From the NCBI GenBank assembly GCA_030390025.1, contig CM059431.1:118112001-118176000 (forward strand): a stretch of 64,000 nt of DNA, given 5' to 3'. The stretch's first letter is position 1, and each line of letters starts with the position of its first letter. Shown piece after piece: positions 11,490 through 22,460 of the stretch. This DNA comes from Squalus acanthias. Its lineage: Eukaryota. The notes under the pieces are model-generated. The model had not been told where the DNA came from, ran no database searches, and saw nothing but the letters and a program-made list of their open reading frames with translations. Position numbers and translations under genes: made by a program.

Positions 11490-13167
11490 ACCTCTCCACC
11501 CTAGCCCTGAACTCGCATCTTTCTCTAGTTTCTCTCCTATCTCTTCTCATGCCAACTCCGAGCACATCTTGTCCATGAGACTCACCAACTGCTCCATCAA
11601 CCCTAGTCCCACCAAACTGCTGACCACCCAACTTCCCCCATGTTAGCCGATATTGTTAACAGTTCCTCAGGTACTGTCCCCCTCCCCTTCAAATCTGCCA
11701 TCATCACCCCTCTCCTCAAAAAAACCACCCTTGACCCCCCTGTACTTGCAAACTACCATCCACCTCCAACCTCCCTTTCCTCTTCAAAGTCCTTGAACAT
11801 GTTGCCACCGCCCAAATCCGTTTCCATCTTTCCCGCAACTCTATGTTTGAGTCCTTCCAATCAGGTTTCTGCCTTTGCCACAGTACTGAAGCGTCCCTTA
11901 TCAAAGTCACAAATTATATCCTATGTGACTGTAGCCATGGTAAACTATCCCTCCTCATCCTCTCGACTTGTCTGCAGCTATTGACACAGTTGACCACACC
12001 ATCCTCCTCCAACGCCTTTCCTCCTTCATCCAGCTGGGTGAGACTGCACTCAGCTGGTTCCATCCTTATTGATCCAGTCATAGCCAGATAATCACTTGCA
12101 AAGGCTTCTCTTCCTGCTCCCATACTGTTACCTCTGGAGTCCCGCAAGTATCTATCCTTAGCCCCCTCCCATTTCTCATCTGCATGCTGCCCCTTGGCGA
12201 CATAATTCGAAAATACTCATCAAGTTCTACAGCTGACAACATCCAGCTCTACCTCATCACCTCCTCTCTTGACCCCTCTACTGTCTCTGATTTGTCACAT
12301 TGCTTGTCCGACATCCAGTAATTTCCTCCAACTAAATATTGAGAATATGGAAGCCATTGTCTTCGGTACCCACCACAAAATCTGTTACCTAGCCAATGAC
12401 TCCATCCCTCTCCCTGGCAAATGTCTGAGGCTGAACCAGACTGTTTGCAACCTTGCTGTCATATTTGACCCCGAGATTAGCTTCCGACCGCAAAACCGCT
12501 CCATCTCCAAGAGTGCCTACTTCCACCTCTGTAACATCGCCCGACTTCACCCCTATCACAGCTCATCTGCTGCTGAAACCTTCATCAATGCCTTCTTTTT
12601 ACCTCAAGACATGATTATTCCAATGCTCTCCTGGCTAGTCTCTCATCTTCCACCCTACATAAACTAGAACTCATCCAAAATTTGGCTACCTGTATCTTAA
12701 CTCGCACCAAATACAGTTCACCCATCATCCTTGTGCTCGCTGACCTACATTGGCTCCCAGTCCAGCAACGCCTCAATTTAAAAATTCTCATCCTTGTTTT
12801 CCAATCCCTCCATGGCCACATCCCTCCCTATCTCTGTAACCTCCTCCATCTCTACAACCCTCCGAGACCTCTGCGCTCCTCCAATTCTGGCCTGTTGCGC
12901 ATCCCCAATTTTAAATTGCTCCACCACTGGTGGCTGTGTCTTCAGCTGCCAAGGCCCTAAGCTCTGGAATTCCCTCCTTAAACCTCGCCGCCTCTCTACC
13001 TCTCTCTCCTCCTTCAAAACACTCCTTAAAACCTACCTCTTTGACCTAGCTTTTGGTCATCTGTCCTCCTACCTCCTTATATGACTCAGTGTCAAATTTT
13101 GTTTGATAACGCTCCTGTGAAGTGCCTTGGAACATTTTACTATATTAAAGGCACTATAAAAATGCCA

Positions 13168-13168
13168 G

Positions 13169-13200
<32 letters not shown>
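13168..13200 (+). repeat. (GTT)11 microsatellite, L2 3' tail
   Basis: Perfect trinucleotide repeat directly after the L2 terminal motif. Confidence 0.95.
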
Positions 13201-13656
13201 CTCACCGTTAAATTTCATCCATCAAGTGTGCCTATTTTATCAGTCTGTCTATGTCCTCCTGACGTCTGTTACTAACCTTCTCATTGTTTACTGTAGTTTT
13301 GTGTCACCTGGAAACTTTGAAATTATGCCCTGTATACCCAAGTTCAATTTCAGATCATATTTTTTTTTTCTCCACACTTTTTTTTGGTTTGTGTTTTCTT
13401 TTCTTCTCTCCCACATGGCAGCTGTCTTTCATTCTGCCAGCGCAATTTACACTTCATCTAGAGCCATCTTTTGTTTCTTAACCTGTCCCATTACCATCTC
13501 CTTTTGCCTTGAATATCTGTTTATATCTCTTAATGTCTCTTAACCTCTCCTGCCTTCTATCCTATCACAGACCTTCCCTTTTGTTCTTTCATCCCCTCCC
13601 CCCTTCCCCAGCTCCCACACTTGATTAAAAATCTGTTCCATTTCCTGCTTTTTTCC

Positions 13657-14440
13657 AGTTCTGACGAAAGGTCATCGACCTGAAACGTTGGCCCAAAAAT
13701 TCATCGCGGTGCGCAAGAGTACGCACTGCGTACTCTCGCGTATTCCCTCTGCAATTGCCGGTTTTCTGCATGCCCTGCGCATGCGCTGAAAACCGGCAAT
13801 TGCTCTTTTGAAAAGGGGGCGGTTCCTCGGTGCATCGCGTGCGCGCTACAGGCTGCGCGCACGCTGTGCACTTCATGCTTTGGACGCGCAGGTAAGTACT
13901 GAAGATTTTAGAAATGGAAAAAGGAGGAGTAAGACCCACTTTTAACAAGGTAAGTAGTGAATTAAGTATTTTTTTGAATTTTTTTTTTACAGGTATATCT
14001 TTTTTAGAGACTTTAAAGACAGGTAAGTTTATTTTTATAACTTTTTAAAAGATTTTAAATTTTTTCAAAAATTTAATTTTTTATTTAAAATGGTTAATTT
14101 ATTTAACTATACTTATTTTATTAATGTGATGGTTTTTTTTTAAATTTAATTGAGGTTTAGCTGTTATTTTGGGGGGGTGTAAGATTCATAGATTTCACAG
14201 CCGTGCTGTGAAACTTATGAATGGAAGATGGTGTGCTGCCATTGGCTCTAACTGAGTCACGTGATCCCACAGCTCGCACGAATTCACGACGCCGCTGGGA
14301 TACGCAAGCACTGCCCAGCAGCTGTCCAGAACATCAAGTTCGTGCGAGCTGGATCTGAAAAAGCACAAGCGAGGTGAGACATCGCGGGGAAGGCTTACCC
14401 CCGCGGGAACAGAGCGAGATCAATTTCTGGGCCGTTAACT
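13657..14440 (+). ncRNA. Minimal hammerhead ribozyme disrupted at its cleavage triplet by a MITE
   Basis: AGTT-CTGACGA-A-AGGTC-atc-GACCT-GAAA-CG-TT (13657-13689) ... AACT (14437-14440). Confidence 0.72.
13690..14433. mobile_element. Harbinger-like MITE, ~740-bp GGCCCAGAAATT family
   Basis: TIRs GGCCCAAAAATT / AATTTCTGGGCC; TSD GTT; close copy at 51492-52232. Confidence 0.9.
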
Positions 14441-14944
14441 CTGTTTCTCTCTTCACAGATGCTGCCTGACCTGCTGAGTATTTTCAGCATTTTCTGTTTT
14501 TTTATTTCAGGTCATTAATATATATCAAAGAAAGCAGTGGTCCTAATACTCACCGCTGGGGAACACCACTGTATACTTCCCTCCAGTCTGAAAAACAACT
14601 GTTCACCACTTTCTGTCCTTTAGCCAATTTTGTATCAACACTGTCACTGTCCCTTTAATTCCATGGGCTTTAATTATCTGGATTCAAATTTGCTGATACA
14701 ATCTGCCCCCACTATTTCCCTTCACAGTCCAAGTTCTTTCTATAATTCATCATATTCTATGTAAAGTACTTAAATATAAACTGTCTTTTGCCTGCCTCTT
14801 TTAAGTTTGAGGCTATGCCCTTTTGTAGAATCTATGACTATGTTAAACATCTTAACAATCATCACCCTGGACCTCCAGTGTAAACATTTTCAGCTGTTGT
14901 AGCCTCTCCACATAGCTAATGCACCTAATCCAAGCTAACAAGGC

Positions 14945-15197
14945 AGCAGCTGCATAAGAACACCATCACCTCCAAGTTATCCTTCAAGTCACATATCATC
15001 CTGACCTGGACATATGCCCCCGTTCCTTCATCGTCGCCATCATTACCTAACAGGATTGTGGGAGTACCTTCACCAAACGGACTGCAGCAGTTCAGGAAGA
15101 AGGTTCACTACCAACTCAACAAGGGCAACTAGGCATGGGCAATAAATTGCTGGCCATGCCAGCGATGCCCATATCCCGAGAATGAATTAAAAAAAAA
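14945..15197 (+). mobile_element. LINE 3' end (CR1/L2-group), same family as 63721-64000
   Basis: GGAGTACCTTCACC...GGACTGCAGCAGTTCAGGAAGAAGG...GGGCAATAAATTGCTGGCC...AATGAATTAAAA is the reverse complement of the sequence at the window end. Confidence 0.6.
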
Positions 15198-15664
15198 GTC
15201 CAGTTGCTCTTCGCTGCACCTTCTTCACTTCTTCAATGCCTGCATGGTTTCCTCATAATACAGTGATCAGGACTGTACACAGTATTCCAGCTGTGGTCGA
15301 ACCAGGACTCTGCCCAAACTCAGATATTACTTCCTGAGATCTGAGGTCTATTCCTTTAACTATACAGCCCAACTTCTTATTTACTCTCTTACTGCTGCAG
15401 CACACTGTGCTACTGGCTTCAGCAATCTAACAACCAGTACCTCCAAAACCCTTTCCCATGTTGTGTTCTTAGAAAAAGATGCTTGCTTATATTGCTGCTG
15501 TTTAATATCCTTGCACATTATCATGCAGTTGCAAATATCCACATTAAATTACATCTGTCACTCATCACCCCAAACTCGCCAATCTATCTAAGCCCTTCTT
15601 ATTTGATGAGCCTGTTCCTTGTTGCTTGCAGTCCCTCCCAGCTTGGTGATAGCTGCAAGTTTTG

Positions 15665-16202
15665 AGGCCTAGGATTTGGATCGCGTCCAACTAATAAGGC
15701 CGGTGGCAGGACCACGACAAATTGATCTGCTGGCCTCATTGGGATAGTATGATCAGAGCAGCAAGATCAGCCGACTCAGAGAGAACATGGGAGTGAAGGT
15801 GATCGGGACGGGGGGCAGCGGGAGGAGCAGTTGCTAGCAGCGGTCCACGGTTTTAATGTGCCCTCTTCCTGGCTCCACAAGAAAGTAAATAAAAAACGTG
15901 AAACTTACCTTTTGGTTTGCAGCGTCCTGCGGTCCCTTTTAAGGACTGCTGGTTTGGCTACCGAGCGCCTGAAAAAATTATTGCTGTTAACTGCGGCGAT
16001 TTGCAAGCCAACTTCTTAAAGGGGCCTGAAACAGGCAATAGGCCCCAATTTGCATATGCAATGGGACTCATGCCAGTTTCATGCATTTGCCTTGGATGCT
16101 CACTGGCTAAAAACAGCCATTTATGCCATTTATCCGGGAGTTCCACTGATCTGCTGAAGTTATGGTGGGAGATCAGGACCAACCCTATGCAAATTCAGGG
16201 TC
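15665..16202. mobile_element. Decayed Harbinger-like MITE
   Basis: End motifs GGCCTAGGATTTG / CAAATTCAGGGTC resemble the TIR class seen elsewhere; TSD unclear. Confidence 0.45.
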
Positions 16203-16368
16203 AATGTGTATACAGCTTCTAATATTCTTGATATAAAATACTTTGAATGCCACATTACTCCTCTAGCAATATAAATTGGTGCAGAATTTACAACATGGAC
16301 TCCAAAATGTTTGCACTTTCTACAATGAGGCCAGCACAAAATGGTAGCCTGGCACTGCAGTAATATTG

Positions 16369-17101
16369 GCCCGAAAATTAGACCTAATGCGGGAGATTAC
16401 GCACTGTGTACTCTCGCGTATTAGGTCCCGAAGTGCCAGTTTCCTGCATGCACTGCGCATGCGCGGGAAACCGGCACTTTGGGTATTGCGAAGGGGGCGG
16501 TTCCTAAGTGAACCGTGTGCGCGCTACAGGTTGTGCGCACGCAGCGCACTTAGTTTTTTTTTCAGGTTTGAACGCGCAGGTAAGTGTTGAACATTTTACA
16601 CATAAAGAAAGCAGGCGTAAGACTCCCTTTTAACAAGGTAAGTAGTTAATTAAGTATCATTTTAAATTTTTTTCAACAGGTTTATCTTTTTAGAGACTTT
16701 AAAGAAAGGTAAGTTTATTTTTATAACTTTTAAAAAGAATTTAAATTTTTTCAAAAATTTAATTTTTGTTTAAAGTGGTTAATTTATTTAACTATAGTTA
16801 TTTTATTAATGTGATGGCTTTTTTAAAATTTTTTATTGAGGTTTAGCTGTTCTTTTGGGGGCTTGTTGTATTCATAGCTTTGACAGCTCTTGCTGCCATT
16901 GGCTCTAACTGGCCCACATGATCCCAGAGGTCGCATCGAATTAACTGCGCCTCTGGGACACGCACACACTGCGCGCCGGCACCAGGGAGAGGCCCAGGAA
17001 CTGAAGTTCGTGTGGGCCAAAACCATAAAGGTAGGTGCGGATTGCGATATCGCGGGGGATCCTTACCCCCGCGGCAACCATCAAACTCCAATTTCTGGGC
17101 C
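16369..17101. mobile_element. Harbinger-like MITE, ~740-bp family
   Basis: TIRs GGCCCGAAAATT / AATTTCTGGGCC; TSD ATT; close copy at 54578-55339. Confidence 0.9.
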
Positions 17102-17640
17102 ATTGTGTTGACTTCAGTGGTTAGGCTATTTTATGCTCTAAATTTTGTCAGGGTCAGTGGCACTAGTCACTCCTGTAAGGGACCTCATGTTCCTTATGAC
17201 CCAGAGTGTACCTTTTTCTGCCCACTATCTAGACATAATAGATAACCTATACTCCACACACCAGCTACCGGAAGGTATTGTGTGATGCCACATGAATTCT
17301 ACTCACTCGATGGATAGTGGGTTGGATAAACTTACATACCGAGTTGAGGCAGAGGCTTGAACCAATAAAGGATTCTATTTGTATAATATAGATGAACAAA
17401 CAATGCAGAATTTCACACAGTGAGATGATATTTTTCCCTACACTCCACAATATATAAACATTAAAGGCACAACTAACTTTCCATCTAAACATCGGACTTT
17501 AACCAAAACACGTGTAAACTTACACTAGTTTAACTTGTTCTTGCTAAGCTGACTCAGACTTTTAAACCATTGTTGTCTGCTTAGTTCAAAAGTGAGAAGT
17601 CGCACAACACCAGGTTATAGTCCAACAGGTTTATTTGAAA

Positions 17641-17678
17641 TCACAAGCTTTCGGAGCGGCTGCTCCTTCGTCAGGTGA
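17641..17678 (-). ncRNA. Minimal hammerhead ribozyme
   Basis: Reverse complement TCAC-CTGACGA-A-GGAGC-agcc-GCTCC-GAAA-GC-TT-GTGA. Confidence 0.8.
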
Positions 17679-18191
17679 AGTGAAGAAATACAAATGGGCA
17701 CAGCATATATAGACAGAGAACAATGCCTGTGCAGAGATCAATGCCAGGTGACTACATTTAATCTTTCTAACTGCCTTTTATCACACCTCGGCAGAGAGAC
17801 AATCACGGCAATCAAATCCAACATTACATCAAAGACGATAGCAAAATACAACAAAGACAATGAGGTGGGGTCACAAGGGGTCTAATGTGTCAGAGGCTGC
17901 AGTCTGTATGGAAAACCAAATACTTTAAACTTTTTACTTTTTTTACTGGAAATCACATCTGTGAACAAGCCAACGACGACTCGAGTCTGGATGACTCTAC
18001 GTCAGGTGGGGTTACATGTAGTGTAACATGAACCCAAGATCCCGGTTGAGGCCGTCCACATGGGTGCGGAACTTGGCTATCAGTTTCTGCTCGATGATTT
18101 TGCGTTGTCGTGTGTCTCGAAGGCCGCCTTGGAGAACGCTTACCCGAAGATCTCTGTCTATATATGCTGTGCCCATTTGTATTTCTTCACT

Positions 18192-18229
18192 TCACCTGAC
18201 GAAGGAGCAGCCGCTCCGAAAGCTTGTGA
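18192..18229 (+). ncRNA. Minimal hammerhead ribozyme
   Basis: TCAC-CTGACGA-A-GGAGC-agcc-GCTCC-GAAA-GC-TT-GTGA. Confidence 0.8.
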
Positions 18230-18900
18230 TTTCAAATAAACCTGTTGGACTATAACCTGGTGTTGTGCGACTTCTCACTTTTGTCCACCCCAGTCCAACA
18301 CCAGCTTCTCCGCATCATGCTTAGTTCACACACAGTTTGACTGTTCTCTCTACCCCTGGTGGAGAACTGCCAAATTTAAATCTGAGGGGGTAAAAATTCA
18401 GTTGGTTGCGCCTCCCGTTAGCGCCTTAAATGGGCGCTAATGGGGCGTTAAGGCGCTAACGCCCGGGCGCAGCGCTGTTTGCGCCGCTCGAGAACTTAAC
18501 TTGAGATTGTGCGGCGGCGCTAAAACTTACCGCTGCGACCACCTGCGCGCGCAGATTGTGACGTCAGTCCGTGGTGCAACGCCCTTGGGGCGCCCCGGAG
18601 CGGAAATTGAGTGGCGCCCCCTGCCTTACCGCCTGGCGCTTCCAACGACCGGAAGACTGGAACGTTATCAATCGGTCTGGGGCTGGGGGGGGCGCTATTT
18701 AAAGGGGGCCTCTTCCTGTCTTTTTCTGTGGTCGACATTTATGCACCACTCGTTCTGAGAGAGAGAGAGAGATTCGGAGAGAGAGAGAGAGAGAGACTTC
18801 TACATTGACTCAACGCTTTGTGAGGTAGTTTTGCCTAGTTCATCCTAACTTTGCTGCTACTTTCGTTGCTGTACCTCATTACTTTTCTGGCAAAGAGAAG

Positions 18901-20061
18901 ATGGGGGCTGCAATGATTGGGGGCGTCGTCCTGCTCCAGCTCAATCGGAGCAGAGTGAGACGCAGACAGAGAGTGGCAATGATGGCCAGACGGAGGAGGC
19001 CCATCAGGCGCATGTACAGGAGAGCTTACCCTCCCAGGGTATATCGTGAACAGCTCTCCTACATCCACATGTCCGAGGAGCTGTGTTTGCGAAGGCTGCG
19101 ATTCAGCAAGGAGGTGGTCACTGAGCTCTGCCATCTGCTGCAGCCAGATCTGCAGCCTCAGCTGAGGTCCAGGACGTCTCTGTCGGTGGCAGTGAAGGTC
19201 ACAGTGGCCTTGAACTTCTACGCCACTGGCTCATTCCAAGCTGCTGTTGGGGACCTCGCCAATATCTCCCAGTTTGCGGTGCATCGCTGCATCCGGCAGG
19301 TCACCAATGCCCTCTTCACAAGGAGACGAGACTTCATCTCCTTCCCTATGACCCCAGACAAGCAGCATGACCGTGCTATGGGCTTTGCGAGGGTAGCGGG
19401 CTTCCCCATGGTGCAGGGCGCCATTGACTGCACGCATGTGGCTTTGCGTGCTCCGCGAGAGAATGCAGAGGAGTTCCGGAACAGAAAGGGGTTCCATTCC
19501 TTGAATGTGCAGTTGGTCTGTGACCACAGACAGGTGATTCTCGCTGTCAATGCCCACTATCCGGGCAGCTGCCACGATGCTTTCATCCTGCGCCAGAGTA
19601 CTGTGGCAGAAATTTTCGAGGCACCGCATCAGCCAGTTGGTTGGCTTCTGGGGGACAAGGGGTACGCATTGAGCACCTGGCTGATGACACCGCTCCGTGC
19701 GCCAAACACCCCTGCTGAGCTGCGGTACCAGGAAAGCCAACAAGCAACGAGGAACATTATTGAGCGCACAATCGGCGTGCTCAAACAACGATTCCGCTGT
19801 CTGGACCATTCCGGAGGAGCCCTGCAGTACTCGCCTGAGCAAGTTTCCAAATTCGTAGTGGTGTGCTGCATGTTGCACAACATGGCAATCCTCAGGACGC
19901 AGCCAATGCCACCAGGCCTTGCAGCACCACAAGAGGAGGAGGAGGAAGAGGAGGAACAGGCCGAGGACGATGATCAGCAGCAGCACCAAGGCAGGAGGGC
20001 GGCCCACAATGGTCAAACTGCAAGGGCCGTCCGTCAACGACTAATAGCAAGCCGCTTCTAG
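18901..20061 (+). CDS. Harbinger DDE transposase (HARBI1-like nuclease), 386 aa
   Basis: Uninterrupted ORF with FYATGSFQ, GAIDCTH, YPGSCHDA, LGDKGY, IERTIGVLK and CCMLHN motifs; Glu-rich tail. Confidence 0.95.
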   Translation: MGAAMIGGVVLLQLNRSRVRRRQRVAMMARRRRPIRRMYRRAYPPRVYREQLSYIHMSEELCLRRLRFSKEVVTELCHLLQPDLQPQLRSRTSLSVAVKVTVALNFYATGSFQAAVGDLANISQFAVHRCIRQVTNALFTRRRDFISFPMTPDKQHDRAMGFARVAGFPMVQGAIDCTHVALRAPRENAEEFRNRKGFHSLNVQLVCDHRQVILAVNAHYPGSCHDAFILRQSTVAEIFEAPHQPVGWLLGDKGYALSTWLMTPLRAPNTPAELRYQESQQATRNIIERTIGVLKQRFRCLDHSGGALQYSPEQVSKFVVVCCMLHNMAILRTQPMPPGLAAPQEEEEEEEEQAEDDDQQQHQGRRAAHNGQTARAVRQRLIASRF

Positions 20062-20355
20062 GACCCCTGCCAGTGCTACAAACACGAATCAACCCAGCAC
20101 GCAACCCCTAAGCCGGCCAAGGCACCAATAATTCCAACCACCAGCCATGTATATTTTGAATACAGAAACTTATTTATTGTACAAACTCTGTGTGTGTCAA
20201 TTCCTCATGACAAACTCATAGAAATAAACACAAAAAAACAGTCAATAACATAACTGGTTCTCACAACCTGGAGATAATGTCCAAAACACTAAACAAAAGT
20301 TGGGCCATGAACCTCGGCCTTTAATAAAAAAATGACCAGCATTTTGGCACACCTC

Positions 20356-22460
20356 CTACTTTTTGCCCTTCGAGGGTGATCTCCTTCCCTTGCGCACTTC
20401 CCCCCTTCTAACCCTACTGCTCCTCCGTAATGGGACCTCAGTGGCTGCAGCAAGGCTGGTGGAAGGCTGCTGCTTGTCAGACCCTGACACTGCAGATGCC
20501 CCTGAAGGACGGCCTCGACCACTTCTGGGCCTGGAGGGCCCGGCTGCAGACTGCACCAACTCTGCATGGGCGGCAGCAGTCTGTCCTACAGGCGGTGGCA
20601 AGTGCAGTGGAGAAGTGACAGTGTTGGCAGCAGGAATGCTGTCATCGTGAGAGAGGACAGCAACTCCCTGCTCGCCCGACACACTGGCACTCCCACGGGG
20701 CAGCACTTCAGCATCCGGAGCAATTTGCCTGAGAACAGATTGCTGGCCTGCTGCGGCGCGGTGACAGCCCCGGGGACATGTGCACGAACCATCGAGGATG
20801 GCAGCAGTCAGTGCTCGCGTGGCCTCAATCTGAGTCTGCATGAGAGCAGGCTCAGATGGGTTCCTGGCAGCCAGTGACTGAATTGCAGCAGTAAGCTTTA
20901 GTGTGGCATCCGCCTGTGCTACAGCGAAGTGCTCCACACTCCTTGCCAGTGCCTCAATGCATTCGGGCACCCTTCCCACTGCACCCATGAGCTCAGTGTG
21001 CATGACCACCGCCTGGCTGTTCATTTCTGCAATCAGCCGCTCCTCCTCTGCGTCCATTGCATTAGGAGTGTCTGGCATACTCTCCCTCTGGGGAGAAGGC
21101 TCCCGTTCTTCCCTCCCCCCCCCATGGCGTTGCTGCAGCCCGCTGGGTCCTGGAACTTCACCATCATCAGCCCCTTCCCCCCTGCTCCCCCGTTCTTCCC
21201 TCCCCCCCCCATGGCGTTGCTGCAGCCCGCTGGGTCCTGGAACTTCACCATCATCAGCCCCTTCCCCCCTGCTCCCCCGTTCTTCACTCCCCCCCCCATG
21301 GCGTTGCTGCAGCCCGCTGGGTCCTGGAACTTCACCATCATCAGCCCCTTCCCCCCTGCTCCCCTCCGGGGAAGGCATGTTCCCAGTGTGGCCATGGGCT
21401 TCCTCGGGAGAGGGTGGCACTGATGCTCCGGCTTCCTCTTCCTCCTCAGCTGCAGCATCACTCCCAGTGGCAGCTTCAGGGACCATCTCCTCAGCTGGTG
21501 AATCACCATCTGAAAGCAGGGAGGTACAAGAGTGGCTTTAGCGTGAGGACAGGGTGGCAGTAAGGGAGGAATAAGTGCAGCGAGTTAGCAAGTTGGATTG
21601 AAAGTGTCAAAGGCTGGTATTGTGAGGGACAAGTGGAAGGACAGAGGACAAAAAGGTGATGACCTTACCATTGCTGTCCACAACGGGGTCGGCGTCTCCA
21701 GTGGCGACGGGACCGATCACCCGGCTTGCCACAATCCTGTGGACGCGCTCCTCCAGATCGCTGAGGGGTTGCAGCTGAAGCCGCCCTCCACCCGTCCGTT
21801 GCTGCTGTCTCCGATTATGAGCCAGCTTAGCCTGCAAGAAAAAGGACAGCATCTGAGTCAATATACAGCCATGGTCTTGCCTGATGTGCCTCCCATAGGT
21901 GAATAGCCCTTACAATATGCAGCCATGGTCTTGCCTGATGTGCCTCCCATAGGTGAATAGCCCTTACAATATGCAGCCATGGTCTTGCCTGATGTGCCTC
22001 CCATAGGTGAATAGCCCTTACTGTATGCAGCCATGGTCTTGCCTGATGTGCCTCCCATAGGTGAATAGCCCTTACTGTATGCAAAGTGTGGAATGTGTGT
22101 GTGTGTTTCATGAAAGGGCCATAGGTGTTGGATGAGTGTTGTGCATTGGGGTTTTAAGACCCTCTGGCCATAGAGTGAGGTTGAGATGGAGGGATGGAGA
22201 GGTATTGAGAAAAAGCCACTCACCCTGACGACCCGAGTGAGGTCGTTGAACTTTTTGCGGCACTGGACATGGGTCCTGGGCACCATGCTCCTGGAGGAGA
22301 CGCTCTGAGCCACCTCCCTCCACACTCTTCTGAACTCGCGTGGCAAAGGCCTCCTGCCACTCTCTGGGAACAGCATGCATCGTCTGCGCTCCACTGCGTC
22401 AACCAGAGCATCCAAGGCCCGCTCGGTGAAGCGATGAGCGCGTTCTCTCACCCTCTCCAT
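20356..22460 (-). CDS. Harbinger Myb/SANT (trihelix) DNA-binding protein, 3 exons, ~517 aa
   Basis: Exons 22460-22224, 21831-21669 and 21509-20356 with GT-AG junctions (GTGAGT, GTAAG) join in frame (1554 nt); RFTERALDALV...W.EVA...RT..QCRKKFNDL trihelix signature; basic C-terminus. Confidence 0.85.
21102..21364 (-). repeat. 87-bp tandem repeat x3, in frame in Myb exon 3
   Basis: GSRGEGADDGEVPGPSGLQQRHGGG(S/R)EER three times, near-identical at DNA level. Confidence 0.95.
21866..22081. repeat. 54-bp tandem repeat x4 in Myb intron 1
   Basis: CAGCCATGGTCTTGCCTGATGTGCCTCCCATAGGTGAATAGCCCTTAC(AA/TG)TATG, four copies. Confidence 0.95.

Larger units (their letters stand above)
8470..13200 (+). mobile_element. 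L2-clade LINE, long decayed ORF2 (APE endonuclease + RT), interrupted by a solo LTR
   Basis: LQNVHSLVNK...VLTE and GDFNLH-like endonuclease motifs; FESFQSGF...HSTE, GVPQ-like and LHWLPVQQR motifs; tail GGCACTATAAAAATGCCA(GTT)n. Confidence 0.88.
13410..14510 (+). mobile_element. Penelope-type 3' repeat (second family) with hammerhead, interrupted by a MITE
   Basis: CTGACGAAAGGTCATCGACCTGAAACGTT|AACTCTGTTTCTCTC...GCTGCCTGACCTGCTGAGTATTT; reverse-complement copy at ~52285-52595; family assignment inferred from the hammerhead context. Confidence 0.65.
17589..18317 (-). mobile_element. Truncated Penelope-like element with inverted terminal repeat (pLTR)
   Basis: Minus-strand GIY-YIG C-terminus at ~18020-18150; ~133-bp inverted repeat 17587-17719 vs 18151-18283; TSD TGCTTAGTTCA (17578-17588, 18318-18328). 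Confidence 0.88.

Noticed and set aside
19231..20037. 268-aa antisense ORF within the transposase
   Set aside because: Shadow frame of a GC-rich coding sequence with no motifs
21866..22081. 54-bp repeats as a CRISPR-like array or as coding sequence (ORF 21858-22472 extension)
   Set aside because: There are no unique spacers, and the array lies between a GTGAGT donor and a CAG acceptor, so it is an intronic VNTR
18901..22460. Calling the two genes the domesticated host genes HARBI1 and NAIF1/MSANTD
   Set aside because: They are enclosed by TIRs and a TSD, sit at a Penelope junction, and have related non-autonomous copies, so this is a transposon
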